Below, one piece after another: positions 1 through 10,022 of a DNA stretch of 64,000 bases. The stretch covers positions 224,001 through 288,000 of the forward strand of contig CAWAHW010000005.1 in the NCBI GenBank assembly GCA_963781885.1, written 5' to 3'. Position 1 is the first letter of the stretch. Every line of letters begins with the position of its first letter. Source of the DNA: an uncultured Spirochaetota bacterium (GTDB taxonomy: Bacteria; Spirochaetota; Spirochaetia; SZUA-6; Fen-1364). The notes under the pieces were generated by a model. The model saw nothing but the letters and a program-made list of their open reading frames with translations, did not search any database and had not been told where the DNA came from. The translations under genes and the position numbers were made by a program.

Positions 1-229
1 GTCGCCGCGGCAGGGCTCCTGCGCGAGATGGCGCCCCACCGGACGCGGGCAGCGGCGCGCGCGCCGGGCAGCGCACGCGGACGGACGGGCCAGGGGGACG
101 GGCAGGGGACGGTGAAAAAACGCCCCCGACATCGCAGGGGCAGGGGGGGGAGGCCCCGCGCGACGGGTGCCGGGCCGGGCGCGCCGCGCGGGCACGCCTG
201 ACCCGGGCGCCGGGAGCGGCGCGCCGTCT

Positions 230-1423
230 TTACTTCACCGAATCGATGCGCTTCAACAGGGCATCAACCCTGTCGCCGTACGTCGTCTTATCCGCCGTCT
301 TTGCGAATGAAAGATACTTGCTGGCATCGGCGTTCTTGCCCGCGGCGAAGGAGTTCACGCCGAGGGCGTAGTTGATGACACCGGCCGTCGCGCCGAGCTG
401 GAATGCCTTGAGATAGTCCTCTTCGGCCTTTGCATAGTCCTTCTTCGCGTAGCTCACCAGACCCTCGTAGTACCACGCCGTGCTGTTCGTCGGGTCGAGG
501 TCGATGCACTTCTGCAGGGAGGAGTCGGCTGCCGCGAGATCGCCCGAGCCGTACTGATCGATGCTGTCCTTCAATAAGTCGGTGGATGTCTTGAGGGAGA
601 GGATGTAGGTCTGGAAATCCTGCTGCAGCGCCTGGTCGGTGAACCAGGAGAACGCGCGGGCAACAACCTTCTGGGAGTTGTCATCGAGGCTCGCCTTCGG
701 CGACAGCGCGGTCACGGAATCCCACATCGCCCGGCTGTAGGCGCGCTGGGAGGAGCCCAGGAGGAACTGCACGAATCCCCACGACTCCGGTGCAAAGACG
801 TCCATCTGCGACTGCGCCTTGTCGCGGGAAATCGTGAGCAGGTCGGAGACCGAAAGAGGCGTCGTCGCGGAGCCGGCCGCCAGGAGCGACTTCAGCGGGT
901 CCAGCCACGCGAAGTTCGGCTTCAGCGTATAGGTACCGGCCGTTGCATCCCAGGAGGCGGTTTCCAGGTACGTCGCGACGCCTTCCCGCAGCCACACGGG
1001 CGGGTTGTCCACGAACGCCTTCACGAACTGTATGGCCCCCTGGTGGAGCAGCGACGCGGTGAACGCGGGCTCGTCCTTGGGGAAGCACAGCAGCTCCGAG
1101 CGTTCGGGGTCCGACCAGGCAATGAAGACGAAGTCGGTGCGCGTCTGCGAGAGGACCTTTCCCAGGTAGCCGTTGAAGCTGTCGATGTCCTTGAATATGT
1201 GGACCCGGAGCTTCGTCGAGAGAGTGGAGAGGTCGAAGTGGTAGACGTCGTTGTACAGGGACACGGCGGCTTCCATCCGCTTCGCAACGTCATCCGACTG
1301 TGCCTGGCTGGCATCGGAAATGACGCGGTAATGGTCGGTTTCCGACGTGAACTGTGTCGCATCCTGCGCAAAAAGCACGAGCGGGATGCAGAAAAAGAGG
1401 GCGATCAAGAGGGTTTTCCGCAT
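230..1423 (-). CDS. Secreted DUF1570/peptidase-MA-like domain protein with C-terminal TPR repeats
   Basis: N-terminal signal peptide; LLHQGAIQF...PVWLREGVATYLE resembles the DUF1570 HExxH/WLxEG core; TPR helices at the C-terminus; GGAGG RBS. Confidence 0.7.
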   Translation of the reverse strand: MRKTLLIALFFCIPLVLFAQDATQFTSETDHYRVISDASQAQSDDVAKRMEAAVSLYNDVYHFDLSTLSTKLRVHIFKDIDSFNGYLGKVLSQTRTDFVFIAWSDPERSELLCFPKDEPAFTASLLHQGAIQFVKAFVDNPPVWLREGVATYLETASWDATAGTYTLKPNFAWLDPLKSLLAAGSATTPLSVSDLLTISRDKAQSQMDVFAPESWGFVQFLLGSSQRAYSRAMWDSVTALSPKASLDDNSQKVVARAFSWFTDQALQQDFQTYILSLKTSTDLLKDSIDQYGSGDLAAADSSLQKCIDLDPTNSTAWYYEGLVSYAKKDYAKAEEDYLKAFQLGATAGVINYALGVNSFAAGKNADASKYLSFAKTADKTTYGDRVDALLKRIDSVK

Positions 1424-1440
1424 ACCACCTCCTCGTATTG

Positions 1441-1469
1441 ATCATAGTCAGGGGGCACCGGGCTGTCAA
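1441..1469 (-). promoter_or_regulatory. sigma70-type promoter TTGACA-17-TATGAT
   Basis: Read on the minus strand just upstream of the RBS of 230..1423. Confidence 0.7.
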
Positions 1470-1471
1470 AT

Positions 1472-2125
1472 TTATCCTGCGGGTGGGGGGCCCGCAGGGG
1501 GGCGCCCGGCGGGGGGACGCAGCCGGCCGTACGCGGGCCGTACGACGGTCTTTTCCACGAATTCCTTCTCGCTCCTGCGCAGCCCTTTTTTCGAGGTGAG
1601 GAGGATCTTCACCGACTCGAAGAAAATGTGTGGATAGTTCCTTTTGATTTCCACGGCGGGCACGGGGATGATGTGCTTGCCCTGCTCCGCGCGCGTCTTC
1701 AGGGCGTGGGCGATCTCTGCCCGCGTGGAGACCTCCTCGATGCTGATGAAGCGCTGGATGGGCAGGAGGCCGAGCGTCGTGGCGATGCGCTGCACCATCT
1801 TGCGGGACGTCGCGATGATGAGGATGCGGCCGGCGCCCTGCGCCGCGAGCGCCTGACGCACCTCGTCGATCTGGTCGGGGTTGGCGAAGACCGCCGTCTT
1901 GATGGCGCTGAGGATGCCCTTCTCCTTCTTCGCCGATCTTCCCGCGATGATCTTTTGGCCGCGGATGAGGAGGCCGTCGTCGATGATCAGGTCGATGCGG
2001 AAGCGGCGCGCCACCTGTCGTGCCTTGAAGCTCTTGCCCGTGCCGCTCTTGCCCACGAGCGCAAAGACACGCCGCGCCCGGAAGAGCCAGGGAAAGAGAC
2101 GCCTCAAAACGGGAAAAGCCTGCAT
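1472..2125 (-). CDS. P-loop ATP-binding protein (GKSGTGKS / IIDDGLLI family)
   Basis: Walker A GKSGTGKS, then IIDDGLLI..IIAGRSAKKE; ATG at 2125 in frame of ORF 1472..2815. Confidence 0.7.
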   Translation of the reverse strand: MQAFPVLRRLFPWLFRARRVFALVGKSGTGKSFKARQVARRFRIDLIIDDGLLIRGQKIIAGRSAKKEKGILSAIKTAVFANPDQIDEVRQALAAQGAGRILIIATSRKMVQRIATTLGLLPIQRFISIEEVSTRAEIAHALKTRAEQGKHIIPVPAVEIKRNYPHIFFESVKILLTSKKGLRRSEKEFVEKTVVRPAYGRLRPPAGRPPAGPPPAG

Positions 2126-3600
2126 GCCGCGTCCGGTCCTGGCGGTAACAGTACACCGGGCGCGGGGGAATGCATACCGGCGCAGATGCCGGCGGGTGAC
2201 GGCCGGGGCAACCGCAGGAGGCGCAGGACGCGCAGGTAATCGCGCTCCTCTCTCTGCCAGCGCTTGTTGAGCATGCTCGCGTACAGTCCGATGAGGAAGC
2301 CCGGCAGCCTCCCGCGCAGGAGGCGCGCGGCGACGTGCACGGGTGAATAGAAACGGGTATGGGCGCGGATCTGGGCGCGCTGGAGCTCCCATGGCGTGAA
2401 TCCGCGGGGGAGGAACTTCACGTGGTGCGCGTCGTAGGTGTCCCATGCCTTGTCGATGAGCCTTCCCTCGGCGACCATCTGGGTGTAGAAGCCCGATCCG
2501 GGCAGCGGCGTGAGGATGAGGAACTGCGCCGAGTCGATCTTCTCCGCCAGGGCGAAGTCCACCGTCGCGCGGGCGGTTGCCGGCGTGTCCGCGTCGAAGC
2601 CGAAGACGAACATGCCGTGCACGTGGATGCGCCGCGCGCGTATCGCGCGGATGGCCTGCCGGATCTCCTCCACGGTCTGTTTCTTGTTCATCTCCTTGAG
2701 CGCCGTCGGGTCCACGGATTCGAGGCCGATGAAAAGCGTCGCGCAACCTGCCTTCGCCATCAGGTCGAGAAGCTCCGGGTCGCGCGCGACGTCGGTGCGC
2801 ACCTGCGTGGACCACTGGAAGCCGAGCTGGAGCCTGATCATCTCGCGCAGCAGCTCCTTCGTTTTCACGGGATTGGCGGTGAAGTTGTCGTCATAGAAAA
2901 AGATGATCTGCTTGCGCGGGTCGTAGTGCGCGAGCTCGGAGATGATGTTGGCGGTGCTTCGATGGCGGTAGCGGTGGCCGAACATGCCGGTGACCGAGCA
3001 GAAGGTGCAGTCGTACGGGCATCCACGCGAGGTCTGGACGGGGACGGTGACGCGCCCGAAACCCGACGAGCCGAGCTTCGACTTGCCTTCCATTTTGAGG
3101 AGCGAGAAATCGGGGAAGGGGAGACTGTCGAGGTCTTCGACGGGCGCGGCGGTCGGATTGCGCCGGACCACGCCTCCTTCTTTCCACACGAGCCCCGGCA
3201 CCTTGTCCAGGGAGCCATTGCCGTTCAACGCCTCCACGAGCAGGGGGAAGCCCTTTTCACCTTCGCCCACGACGCAGAAGTCCGCGTGCGCGAGCGCCTC
3301 CTCCGGCAGGAAGCTCACGTGCGGGCCGCCGATGACGACAGGCATGCCCCGGCGGCGACACTCGTCAGCGATGGCGTACGAAGCGCTCGCGGTTGCCGTG
3401 ATGGTGGAGATGCCGACAAGGTCTGCCTCCAGCCCCCGGGCCCAGATTTCCCGTGCCTGCATGAAAAGGCTTTCCGTCTGGTATCCCTTGTCGCGAAGAA
3501 TCGTCGCAAGGAGGATGCCTCCCAACCGGGGCAGCTCGAACTTTGAGAATATGTGCAGGTGATCGTTCTTGGGCTCGATGAGTGTGACCTTTCTGATCAT
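2104..3600 (-). CDS. B12-binding domain radical SAM protein
   Basis: GGPHVS B12-binding region, SRGCPYDCTFC (CxxxCxxC), FFYDDNF, IGLES; ATG at 3600 with GGAGG RBS. Confidence 0.9.
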   Translation of the reverse strand: MIRKVTLIEPKNDHLHIFSKFELPRLGGILLATILRDKGYQTESLFMQAREIWARGLEADLVGISTITATASASYAIADECRRRGMPVVIGGPHVSFLPEEALAHADFCVVGEGEKGFPLLVEALNGNGSLDKVPGLVWKEGGVVRRNPTAAPVEDLDSLPFPDFSLLKMEGKSKLGSSGFGRVTVPVQTSRGCPYDCTFCSVTGMFGHRYRHRSTANIISELAHYDPRKQIIFFYDDNFTANPVKTKELLREMIRLQLGFQWSTQVRTDVARDPELLDLMAKAGCATLFIGLESVDPTALKEMNKKQTVEEIRQAIRAIRARRIHVHGMFVFGFDADTPATARATVDFALAEKIDSAQFLILTPLPGSGFYTQMVAEGRLIDKAWDTYDAHHVKFLPRGFTPWELQRAQIRAHTRFYSPVHVAARLLRGRLPGFLIGLYASMLNKRWQREERDYLRVLRLLRLPRPSPAGICAGMHSPAPGVLLPPGPDAACRLFPF

Positions 3601-3646
3601 GGTTCCCTCCCACATGAAAGCAAGCGAATAGAGATGTTTAAAAAAC

Positions 3647-3675
3647 AAGATATACGTATACGTATGGTTTGTCAA
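3647..3675 (-). promoter_or_regulatory. sigma70 promoter TTGACA-17-TATCTT with a perfect 14-bp palindrome ATACGTATACGTAT (3652-3665) in the spacer
   Basis: Read directly; AT-rich island upstream of the radical SAM gene. Confidence 0.65.
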
Positions 3676-3679
3676 GAGC

Positions 3680-3712
3680 AAAAAAAACGGCGCGCCGCGC
3701 GTGCCGTTCTTT
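3680..3712 (-). terminator. Intrinsic terminator after mlaD
   Basis: AACGGC...GCCGTT stem followed by T8 on the minus strand. Confidence 0.6.
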
Positions 3713-3728
3713 CGGGATTCCCGGGCTG

Positions 3729-4670
3729 CTACTGCTCGAATATCGTGCTGAGACCGGTCACGACCTTCTGCGCGTCGTGAGTGACCGTCACGAGGCCCTT
3801 GGAGATCTCCTGGAGGTTGTTCACCGTGTCTTCCAGGCTCTGGGCCGTCGCGGGGGCGCTCAGGGCGCCAATGACGGACTTGTCCGACGTGAGCTGGGTG
3901 ACCGCGCTCTGTATGTCCGCGGTGCTCTTGCGGACAGCCTTCAGCGAGGCGGCGAGGTCATCGGAGCTGTCCGTGAGATTCGTATCGAGCTTCGCCAGGA
4001 GCTTCTCCGTGGTGACCGTCACGTCGGTGACGGCGCCCTGCAACTGGGTGATGGACGACGTGATCTGGTTCGTGATGGTGGGGACCGCGGCGGTCATGGT
4101 CACGGCCCTGTCCGTGATGATCCGCACGTTCTTCGCCGTGGCCGCGATGTCCTTCAGCGAGCTGTCCAGGGCGGCCTGGTTCTTGTCCAACGTGTCAATG
4201 ACCCGCTTCAGGCTCGTGGCGAGGTCCGTCACCATGCCGACGGTGTCGCCGCCGAGCAGGTCGGTGATGTTGAAGGACGGCACGCCTTCGAAGACCTGGC
4301 CCTCCTGGACCCGGGGATTTTCCTTCGGTCCGGGCTTCTGCTCGATGTACATGTCGCCGAGGATCCCCTTGGAGACCAGCGCGAACTGGTCGCCCGTCCG
4401 CACGATCTGCCCGGGCTTGAACGTGAGGGTGGCGACGATGGTCTTCTCATCCTCTTCCGGCACGATGCTCGTCACCGAGCCCACCTTGAGCCCCGACTTC
4501 CGCACCCACGCGCCCGAGTTGAGGTCGCCGACGGAGGTGAAATGCACCTTGATGGATACCCCGCGGGTGAACTGGAAATTATTGATCAGGAGATAAAGGA
4601 AGAGCGATGCCGCGAGGGCCAGGAGGGTGATGACGATCACCCGGAGTATGCGCGATGCCTTAGTAGCCAT
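3729..4670 (-). CDS. mlaD: MlaD/MCE family protein
   Basis: N-terminal TM, MCE domain (GDLNSGAWVRKSGLKVGSV, KGILGDMYI), long helical C-terminus. Confidence 0.85.
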   Translation of the reverse strand: MATKASRILRVIVITLLALAASLFLYLLINNFQFTRGVSIKVHFTSVGDLNSGAWVRKSGLKVGSVTSIVPEEDEKTIVATLTFKPGQIVRTGDQFALVSKGILGDMYIEQKPGPKENPRVQEGQVFEGVPSFNITDLLGGDTVGMVTDLATSLKRVIDTLDKNQAALDSSLKDIAATAKNVRIITDRAVTMTAAVPTITNQITSSITQLQGAVTDVTVTTEKLLAKLDTNLTDSSDDLAASLKAVRKSTADIQSAVTQLTSDKSVIGALSAPATAQSLEDTVNNLQEISKGLVTVTHDAQKVVTGLSTIFEQ

Positions 4671-5410
4671 TGCTCTGCCCGGATCCTTTCTCGGTTTTCA
4701 ATGAAGTGGACGTAGATCGGGGAATCCTTCCGAAAGCCGTCCTCTCTTCCCGCCTGGGCGATGATTCTCTGGTCTTCGAGCAATGCGATGCGGTCCGCGA
4801 TAAAGCGCGTGAGGTCGATGTCGTGCGTGACGACGAGCGACGTGATTGCCCGCTCGTCCTGGAGTCTCTTGATCATCGATTCAACGATTGCCGAGCTCGC
4901 CGGATCCAGGCCCGAGGTCGGCTCGTCGTAGAGCAGGTAGCGCGGCTCCAGGATCATGGCGCGCGCGATGGCCACCTTGCGCTTCATGCCGCCGGAAAGC
5001 TCCTGCGGCATCGAGGTCGCGCTGTCCTGCATGCCCACGAGGTCGAGGTAGCTGTCCACCTTCAGGTTGATCTCCCGCGGCGTCGCGGACTTGTGATAGA
5101 CGAGCGGGAAGGCGACGTTCTCCCGGACGTTCATCGAATCGAAAAGCGCCCCTTCCTGGAACAGCATGCCGATTTTGCGCCGGATGGAACGAAGCTCCGC
5201 CCGGCCGGCGTTCACCACTTCGTCCCCGTCGATCGTGATGCTTCCCGCCTGCGGCCGGAGGAGACCCGTGATGCATTTGAGGAAAACCGACTTGCCGATG
5301 CCGCTCCGTCCGACGATCACGGTGGTGAGGGATTCCTCCACGTCGATGCTGAGCTCGTGGAGAACCTCGCGTCCGGGAAAGGAGAAATGAACATCGCGCG
5401 CGCTGATCAC
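4637..5410 (-). CDS. mlaF: MlaF/Mkl-type ABC ATP-binding protein
   Basis: GRSGIGKS, LFQEGALFDSMNV, LSGGMKRKVAIAR, YDEPTSGLDP; start uncertain (GTG 5410 or 5434). Confidence 0.85.
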   Translation of the reverse strand: MISARDVHFSFPGREVLHELSIDVEESLTTVIVGRSGIGKSVFLKCITGLLRPQAGSITIDGDEVVNAGRAELRSIRRKIGMLFQEGALFDSMNVRENVAFPLVYHKSATPREINLKVDSYLDLVGMQDSATSMPQELSGGMKRKVAIARAMILEPRYLLYDEPTSGLDPASSAIVESMIKRLQDERAITSLVVTHDIDLTRFIADRIALLEDQRIIAQAGREDGFRKDSPIYVHFIENRERIRAEQWLLRHRAYSG

Positions 5411-5495
5411 GGCCCGCTCCCGATGACGACCCACGGCGCGGCCGGGCGCTCTCCTCCGTCGTGATCATCGCGGTGCGGCTGGAGCATGCAGGACG

Positions 5496-5585
5496 ATAGT
5501 AGTGTCCCCGCGACGGGCTGTCAAGATTTTCCCGCTCCCGGGCGCCCATTCCGGCTTGACACAATCGAATGCTCCAAGGGACACT
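5496..5585. promoter_or_regulatory. Back-to-back divergent sigma70 promoters
   Basis: Minus strand: TTGACA(5524-5519)-17-TACTAT(5501-5496). Plus strand: TTGACA(5556-5561)-18-GACACT(5580-5585). Confidence 0.65.
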
Positions 5586-5592
5586 CAGCCAG

Positions 5593-6075
5593 ATGCTTCC
5601 CCAGCGCACCCTCGACACGCTTACCCGCATTTTCGAGAATCCCGTCTTCCTCTCCGCCCTCTCCAGCTGGCTCGTCGCGCAGGTCCTCAAGTCGTGCATC
5701 ATGCTCGTCCGCAACCGCCCGCGCTCCGCGCGGGAGATACTCCTCCACATCTTCTGGGCCACGGGGGGAATGCCCAGCAGTCACTCCGCGGTCGTCGCAT
5801 CGCTTGCGACATCCGCCGCATTCGTGGAAGGCCCCAATTCGACCCTTTTCTTCGTGACCCTCTTCTATGCAATGCTCACCTTGCGGGACGCGCTGGGTGT
5901 TCGGCGTTCTGCCGGCGCGCAGGCCAAGGTGATCAACCAGCTGATCAAGGATCTCTCGCCCCATTTCGCCCTTCGCAGCCGGTTCGTGAAAGAGGTCCAT
6001 GGACACACCATGCCGGAAGTGTTCGTGGGCACGCTGCTGGGCTTCTTCATCGCGGTCGCCTTTTGCACGCTGTAG
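5593..6075 (+). CDS. Divergent PAP2 family (DUF212) protein
   Basis: TGGMPSSHSA, DALGVRRSAG, GHTMPEVFVG motifs. Confidence 0.9.
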   Translation: MLPQRTLDTLTRIFENPVFLSALSSWLVAQVLKSCIMLVRNRPRSAREILLHIFWATGGMPSSHSAVVASLATSAAFVEGPNSTLFFVTLFYAMLTLRDALGVRRSAGAQAKVINQLIKDLSPHFALRSRFVKEVHGHTMPEVFVGTLLGFFIAVAFCTL

Positions 6076-7626
6076 GAGGCGCCGCCGGTCGGCCGGGAAA
6101 GAACGCGACCCCCGCGTCCTGGGGGCTGGGACTGCTCGTCTGCGCGGCCCTTGCCGCGTGGCTTCCGCTGGCGCGCATGCCCGCCTTCCAGCCGACGCGC
6201 ATCTGGCGCGGATACCAGACCCTCCTTCTGAGTGCGGGACCTTCCGGGGCGGGAGCCGCGCGGGTGATTGCCCAGGCGCTCGGGCCCGGGGTGGCGACAG
6301 AGGAGACCTCGACTGTCGACTTCTGGAGCTTCACCGGCCTGGAGAGTGTTTCCCTTTCAGGGCTGGATGCCCGCATCGATCCGCGGGACCCGCGCCGCGA
6401 CTCCTTCATGGACCGGGCAAAGGGATACTTCCAGGCGTCCAACGGCGCCGAGATTCTCTACATCCCGGCGCGCCTCCCCGCGGCGCGGGTGTTCCTCCGC
6501 ATCGCCGCGCACCTGGGCTTGCCCGCGCGGGGCGCGTGGCATCTCATAGAGTTCGACCCGGTGGAGAAGTTGCTCGCCGTGCTCGGGCTTTTTGCACTTG
6601 CCCTCTTGCTCGCAGCAGGCCAGGAATCGCCGCGCCGCATCGCGTTTCCCATTGCCGCTGCAGGGGCGCTGGTCTGGATCCCGTACGTGCTTTCCGGCGG
6701 GCTGGACCGGCTGGCAATCGCCCTGGCCTCCCTCCTGCCGTGGTCCGAGCTGATGAGGGTGCTCGTGCTGCTCCACGGATGGGACGAGAAGCTCGTGCGC
6801 GAGATGAGGCCCTGGCTTGTCGCGCTGGCGGGGGTTGCCGGTGCCGGCCTTGTGGTGGAGTGTTTGCTCGCCGGGCCGTCTCTCCTGCCCTTGATCGCCT
6901 CCATCGCGCCCTTTCTCGGAGCTCTCCTCCTCCTGGCCGGCATCGCAGGAGTCTGGGGAAGGGCAAAGAGGAAACGGAAAAAGCGGGCGGCTTTCGCGCC
7001 CATCCCAATTGTGCGGCCAGCCCGGAAGGCTGCGCGTTTCCCGCGCGCGGCGCTCATCGTTGGTGCAGGTCTTCTCGTCGCGGCCGCCATCGTTCCCCTT
7101 CTGCGCGACCAGCCCCTGCCGACGCCGCTTCCTCTCGCGGACGCACGGGGTTTCTCGTGGGAGGCAGTCGCGCGGCTGGGCAGGGGAGCGGGCTCCGGAC
7201 GCCTGCCCGATTTTGCAGGGCTCGTCCTCCACGAGGCGTTCCAGGAAGCGATGACCTTCGGGCGCAGCGAAGGCCTGCCCGTTCCCGATGAGCGCGTCTA
7301 CCTGCGCACCTACACGGACGATGGTTCGACGGGGGTCGTGACCGAACGCCAAAGAATGGCAAAGACATTCGACGCGGTTCTGGCTGAGGAGCGTGCTCGG
7401 GCGCTCGACGCCGGGAAGCATCGGTGCGCTGCTCCAGGCGCAGGAAAGGCCTGCTGCGGTCGCGGTCCGGGGACCGTTCCGCTGGATCGCAGGGGAGCTG
7501 CTCGCGGTCCTCCTTGCCCTGGCGGCGCTGCTCGTGCTGGTCGCCCGGGATCCCGACATGCGACCCTTGATCGAGGGCATTCTTCTACGCTTTAATAGCA
7601 AGGCGCGGCGAAATCAGATTCCATGA
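6063..7626 (+). CDS. Hypothetical multi-pass membrane protein (frameshift near 7378; start uncertain)
   Basis: Hydrophobic segments in ORF 5502..7595 continue into ORF 7393..7626, which abuts rnfC. Confidence 0.6.
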
Positions 7627-8930
7627 CGGACACAAGGAAACTCCCGAACGGCGGCGTCAACCCGCCCAACGACAGTCACATTTCGCGCATGGCGCCCATC
7701 TCGAACGCCATGGTGCCGTCGCGTGCCGTCATTCCCCTGCTCCAGCACGCGGGAACCCCCGCACGCTGCGTTGTACAGCCGGGAGATACCGTCACGGAGG
7801 GCATGCTCATCGGCAGGGCGGAGGGAGCGCTGTCAGCCAATGTCCACTCCTCCATTCCCGGCACGGTGGTCGCCATGACGAACCTCACGCTGCCCGGCGG
7901 CCTTGCAAGCCAGGCCGTCGTCATAGACCTCGAGGGGGAGTTCGGGAAATCCGGCAAGCCGCGGCAGCCCCGGCCCTGGGAGGGCATGTCGCGAAAGGAG
8001 CTGCTCGGATGCATCCAGTCGGCGGGCGTGGTGGGGCTTGGCGGCTCGCTCATGCCGACGCACCTGAAACTGGCGACCGCACCGGGCAGTCGGGTCGCCC
8101 TGCTCGTGGCCAATGGCATCGACGGGGAGCCGGCGCTGAGCGCGGATTTCACGCTCCTGCGAGAGAAGACGGCGGAGATCGCGGAGGCCCTGCGCATCTG
8201 CCGCGCGCTGCTTGAGCCCGAGCGCATTGTGCTCGCCCTCGGGGAGGATGCGCGGGAGCTTGCGGCCGGCTTCGAAGCGGCATTCGCCTCGGCAAAGCTC
8301 GCCGGCGAGGTCGTGATCCTTCCTTCCACCTATCCGCAGGGGCACGAGCAGCTCGTGTTGGGCTCCCTTGGCGTCACCGGGGCGACCGGCGGCTCCGTGA
8401 TCCTCAACGTCGCGACCCTCCATGCCGTCTACGAGGCCATCGTGCTCGACCGGCCGCTCATCGAGCGGGTCGTCACCATCGCCGGTTCACCCGTGGCCAG
8501 GCCGCGCAATCTCAAGGTCCGGCTGGGCACGCGCCTGGGAGACCTTTTCGAGGAATGCGGCGGTCTGCTCGCGGCGCCGGGGAAGATCGTGGTGGGTGGT
8601 CCGATGCGCGGGGTCGCCGTGAGCTCGCTCGACATTCCCGTCACCAAAGGGACGTCGGGCGTGACGGCGTTCGACGAATCTGCCGCCCGCACGCGCCCCG
8701 AATGGCCGTGCATCCGCTGCGGGGCGTGCGTCGAAGTCTGCCCGTGGGACCTCGTCCCGACGCGTCTCTACAAGCTGGTCCGGCTGGGATCCCTTGCCAT
8801 TGCCGACAAGGAAGGCCTCTCCCGGTGCACGGAATGCGGCTGCTGCGCTTTTGCCTGCCCCTCGCATATCCCCCTGGTCGCCGTCTTCCATGACGGGAAG
8901 AGAGCTCTTGCGGAGGACGGGAATGGCTGA
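7623..8930 (+). CDS. rnfC: Electron transport complex subunit RnfC/RsxC (divergent)
   Basis: IPLLQHAG, SANVHSSIPG, PTHLKL, YPQG, GGPM, two CxxCxxCxxxCP motifs. Confidence 0.9.
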   Translation: MTDTRKLPNGGVNPPNDSHISRMAPISNAMVPSRAVIPLLQHAGTPARCVVQPGDTVTEGMLIGRAEGALSANVHSSIPGTVVAMTNLTLPGGLASQAVVIDLEGEFGKSGKPRQPRPWEGMSRKELLGCIQSAGVVGLGGSLMPTHLKLATAPGSRVALLVANGIDGEPALSADFTLLREKTAEIAEALRICRALLEPERIVLALGEDARELAAGFEAAFASAKLAGEVVILPSTYPQGHEQLVLGSLGVTGATGGSVILNVATLHAVYEAIVLDRPLIERVVTIAGSPVARPRNLKVRLGTRLGDLFEECGGLLAAPGKIVVGGPMRGVAVSSLDIPVTKGTSGVTAFDESAARTRPEWPCIRCGACVEVCPWDLVPTRLYKLVRLGSLAIADKEGLSRCTECGCCAFACPSHIPLVAVFHDGKRALAEDGNG

Positions 8931-10022
8931 CGAACGCGCCTCGACGGGGCCCGCCGGGCTTGTTCTATCGTCGGCACCGCACCTGGGCATGCGCTCGTCA
9001 TCCGCCCGCATGTCCTGGCTGGTGGCGGCAGGCCTCGTTCCCGCTGCGGCCTGGGGATCTTCATCTTCGGTGCCCCTGCTGCCATCGTCTTGGGAGTTTC
9101 GGTGGGCTCGGCGCTGGCAGCAGAGCTCCTGTCGTCGCTTTTCTTCAAGAGAGTGACGATTGCCGATGGCAGCGCGTTTCTCACCGGTCTCATGATCGGT
9201 CTCTTCATGTCCCCGGCGACGCCGCTTTATGTGCCAGCAGCGGCATCGGTATTTGCGATCCTCGTCGTCAAGCAGAGCTTCGGCGGTCTGGGGCGCAACT
9301 GGATGAACCCGGCGATGGGGGGGGTGCTCTTCTCCCTCCTCTCCTGGCCCGGGTCCACCTCCCATTGGGCCGGAGCGCTCGCCGCGGACAACGCGCTGCC
9401 GCCCCTGGTGGCGCTGCGCGCGGCGCTTCCGTCGTCCACCGGGGGGACGCCGCTTTCCCTGCTTGCGGCGAGCGGCTATCGCTGGAGCGATCTGGACGCG
9501 GGTGTCATCTCCTGGGTCAACACGCACGTGCTTTCGCCTCTGGGCACTGCTCTTCAGCCGGGGACCTTTGACCTGCTGATCGGGCGGGCCCCCGGCCTGA
9601 TCGGTGAGCTTTCCGTGCCTCTCCTCCTGCTCGGCGCCGCTTTCCTGCTGCGGCAGAGGATCATTCGGTGGCGCGTGCCGGTCTTCTTCCTCTCCACGTT
9701 CTTTCTCCTGAGTCTGCTCCTCGGCGGGATCGCTTCCGGCGGGAGCTGGCTTTCCGGCGGCCCAGGGTTCCACCTCTTCTCAGGAAGCGTCGTGCTTGGC
9801 GCTCTCTTCGTGGCGAGCGACCCGGTCACCTCGCCGCTCGCAAAGCGCGGGCAGAGCATCTACGGCGGCTGCCTGGGCGTTCTTGCATTCGTCATGCGGT
9901 TCTTCGGCTCGCTCGGCGATGGCGTCGCGGTCGCGATCGTCCTGGGCAACTGTATCGTGCCGCTCATCGATCGCCTGGTCGAGCACCGGGCCGTTGCCGT
10001 GAGCCGGGAGCGCCGATCATGA
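8923..10022 (+). CDS. rnfD: RnfD/RsxD membrane subunit (frameshift near 9055)
   Basis: SSAPHL...MSWLV, DGSAFLTG, KQSFGGLGRNWMNPA, PGLIGE, SDPVTSP; ATG 8923 joins ORF 9090..10022 across a G run. Confidence 0.85.

Noticed and set aside
1-229. G-rich stretch with short GGACGGGC(C)AGGGG repeats, vaguely like the 14.7-kb unit; possible G-quadruplex
   Set aside because: At the window edge, homopolymer-rich and possibly low quality; no clean repeat or ORF
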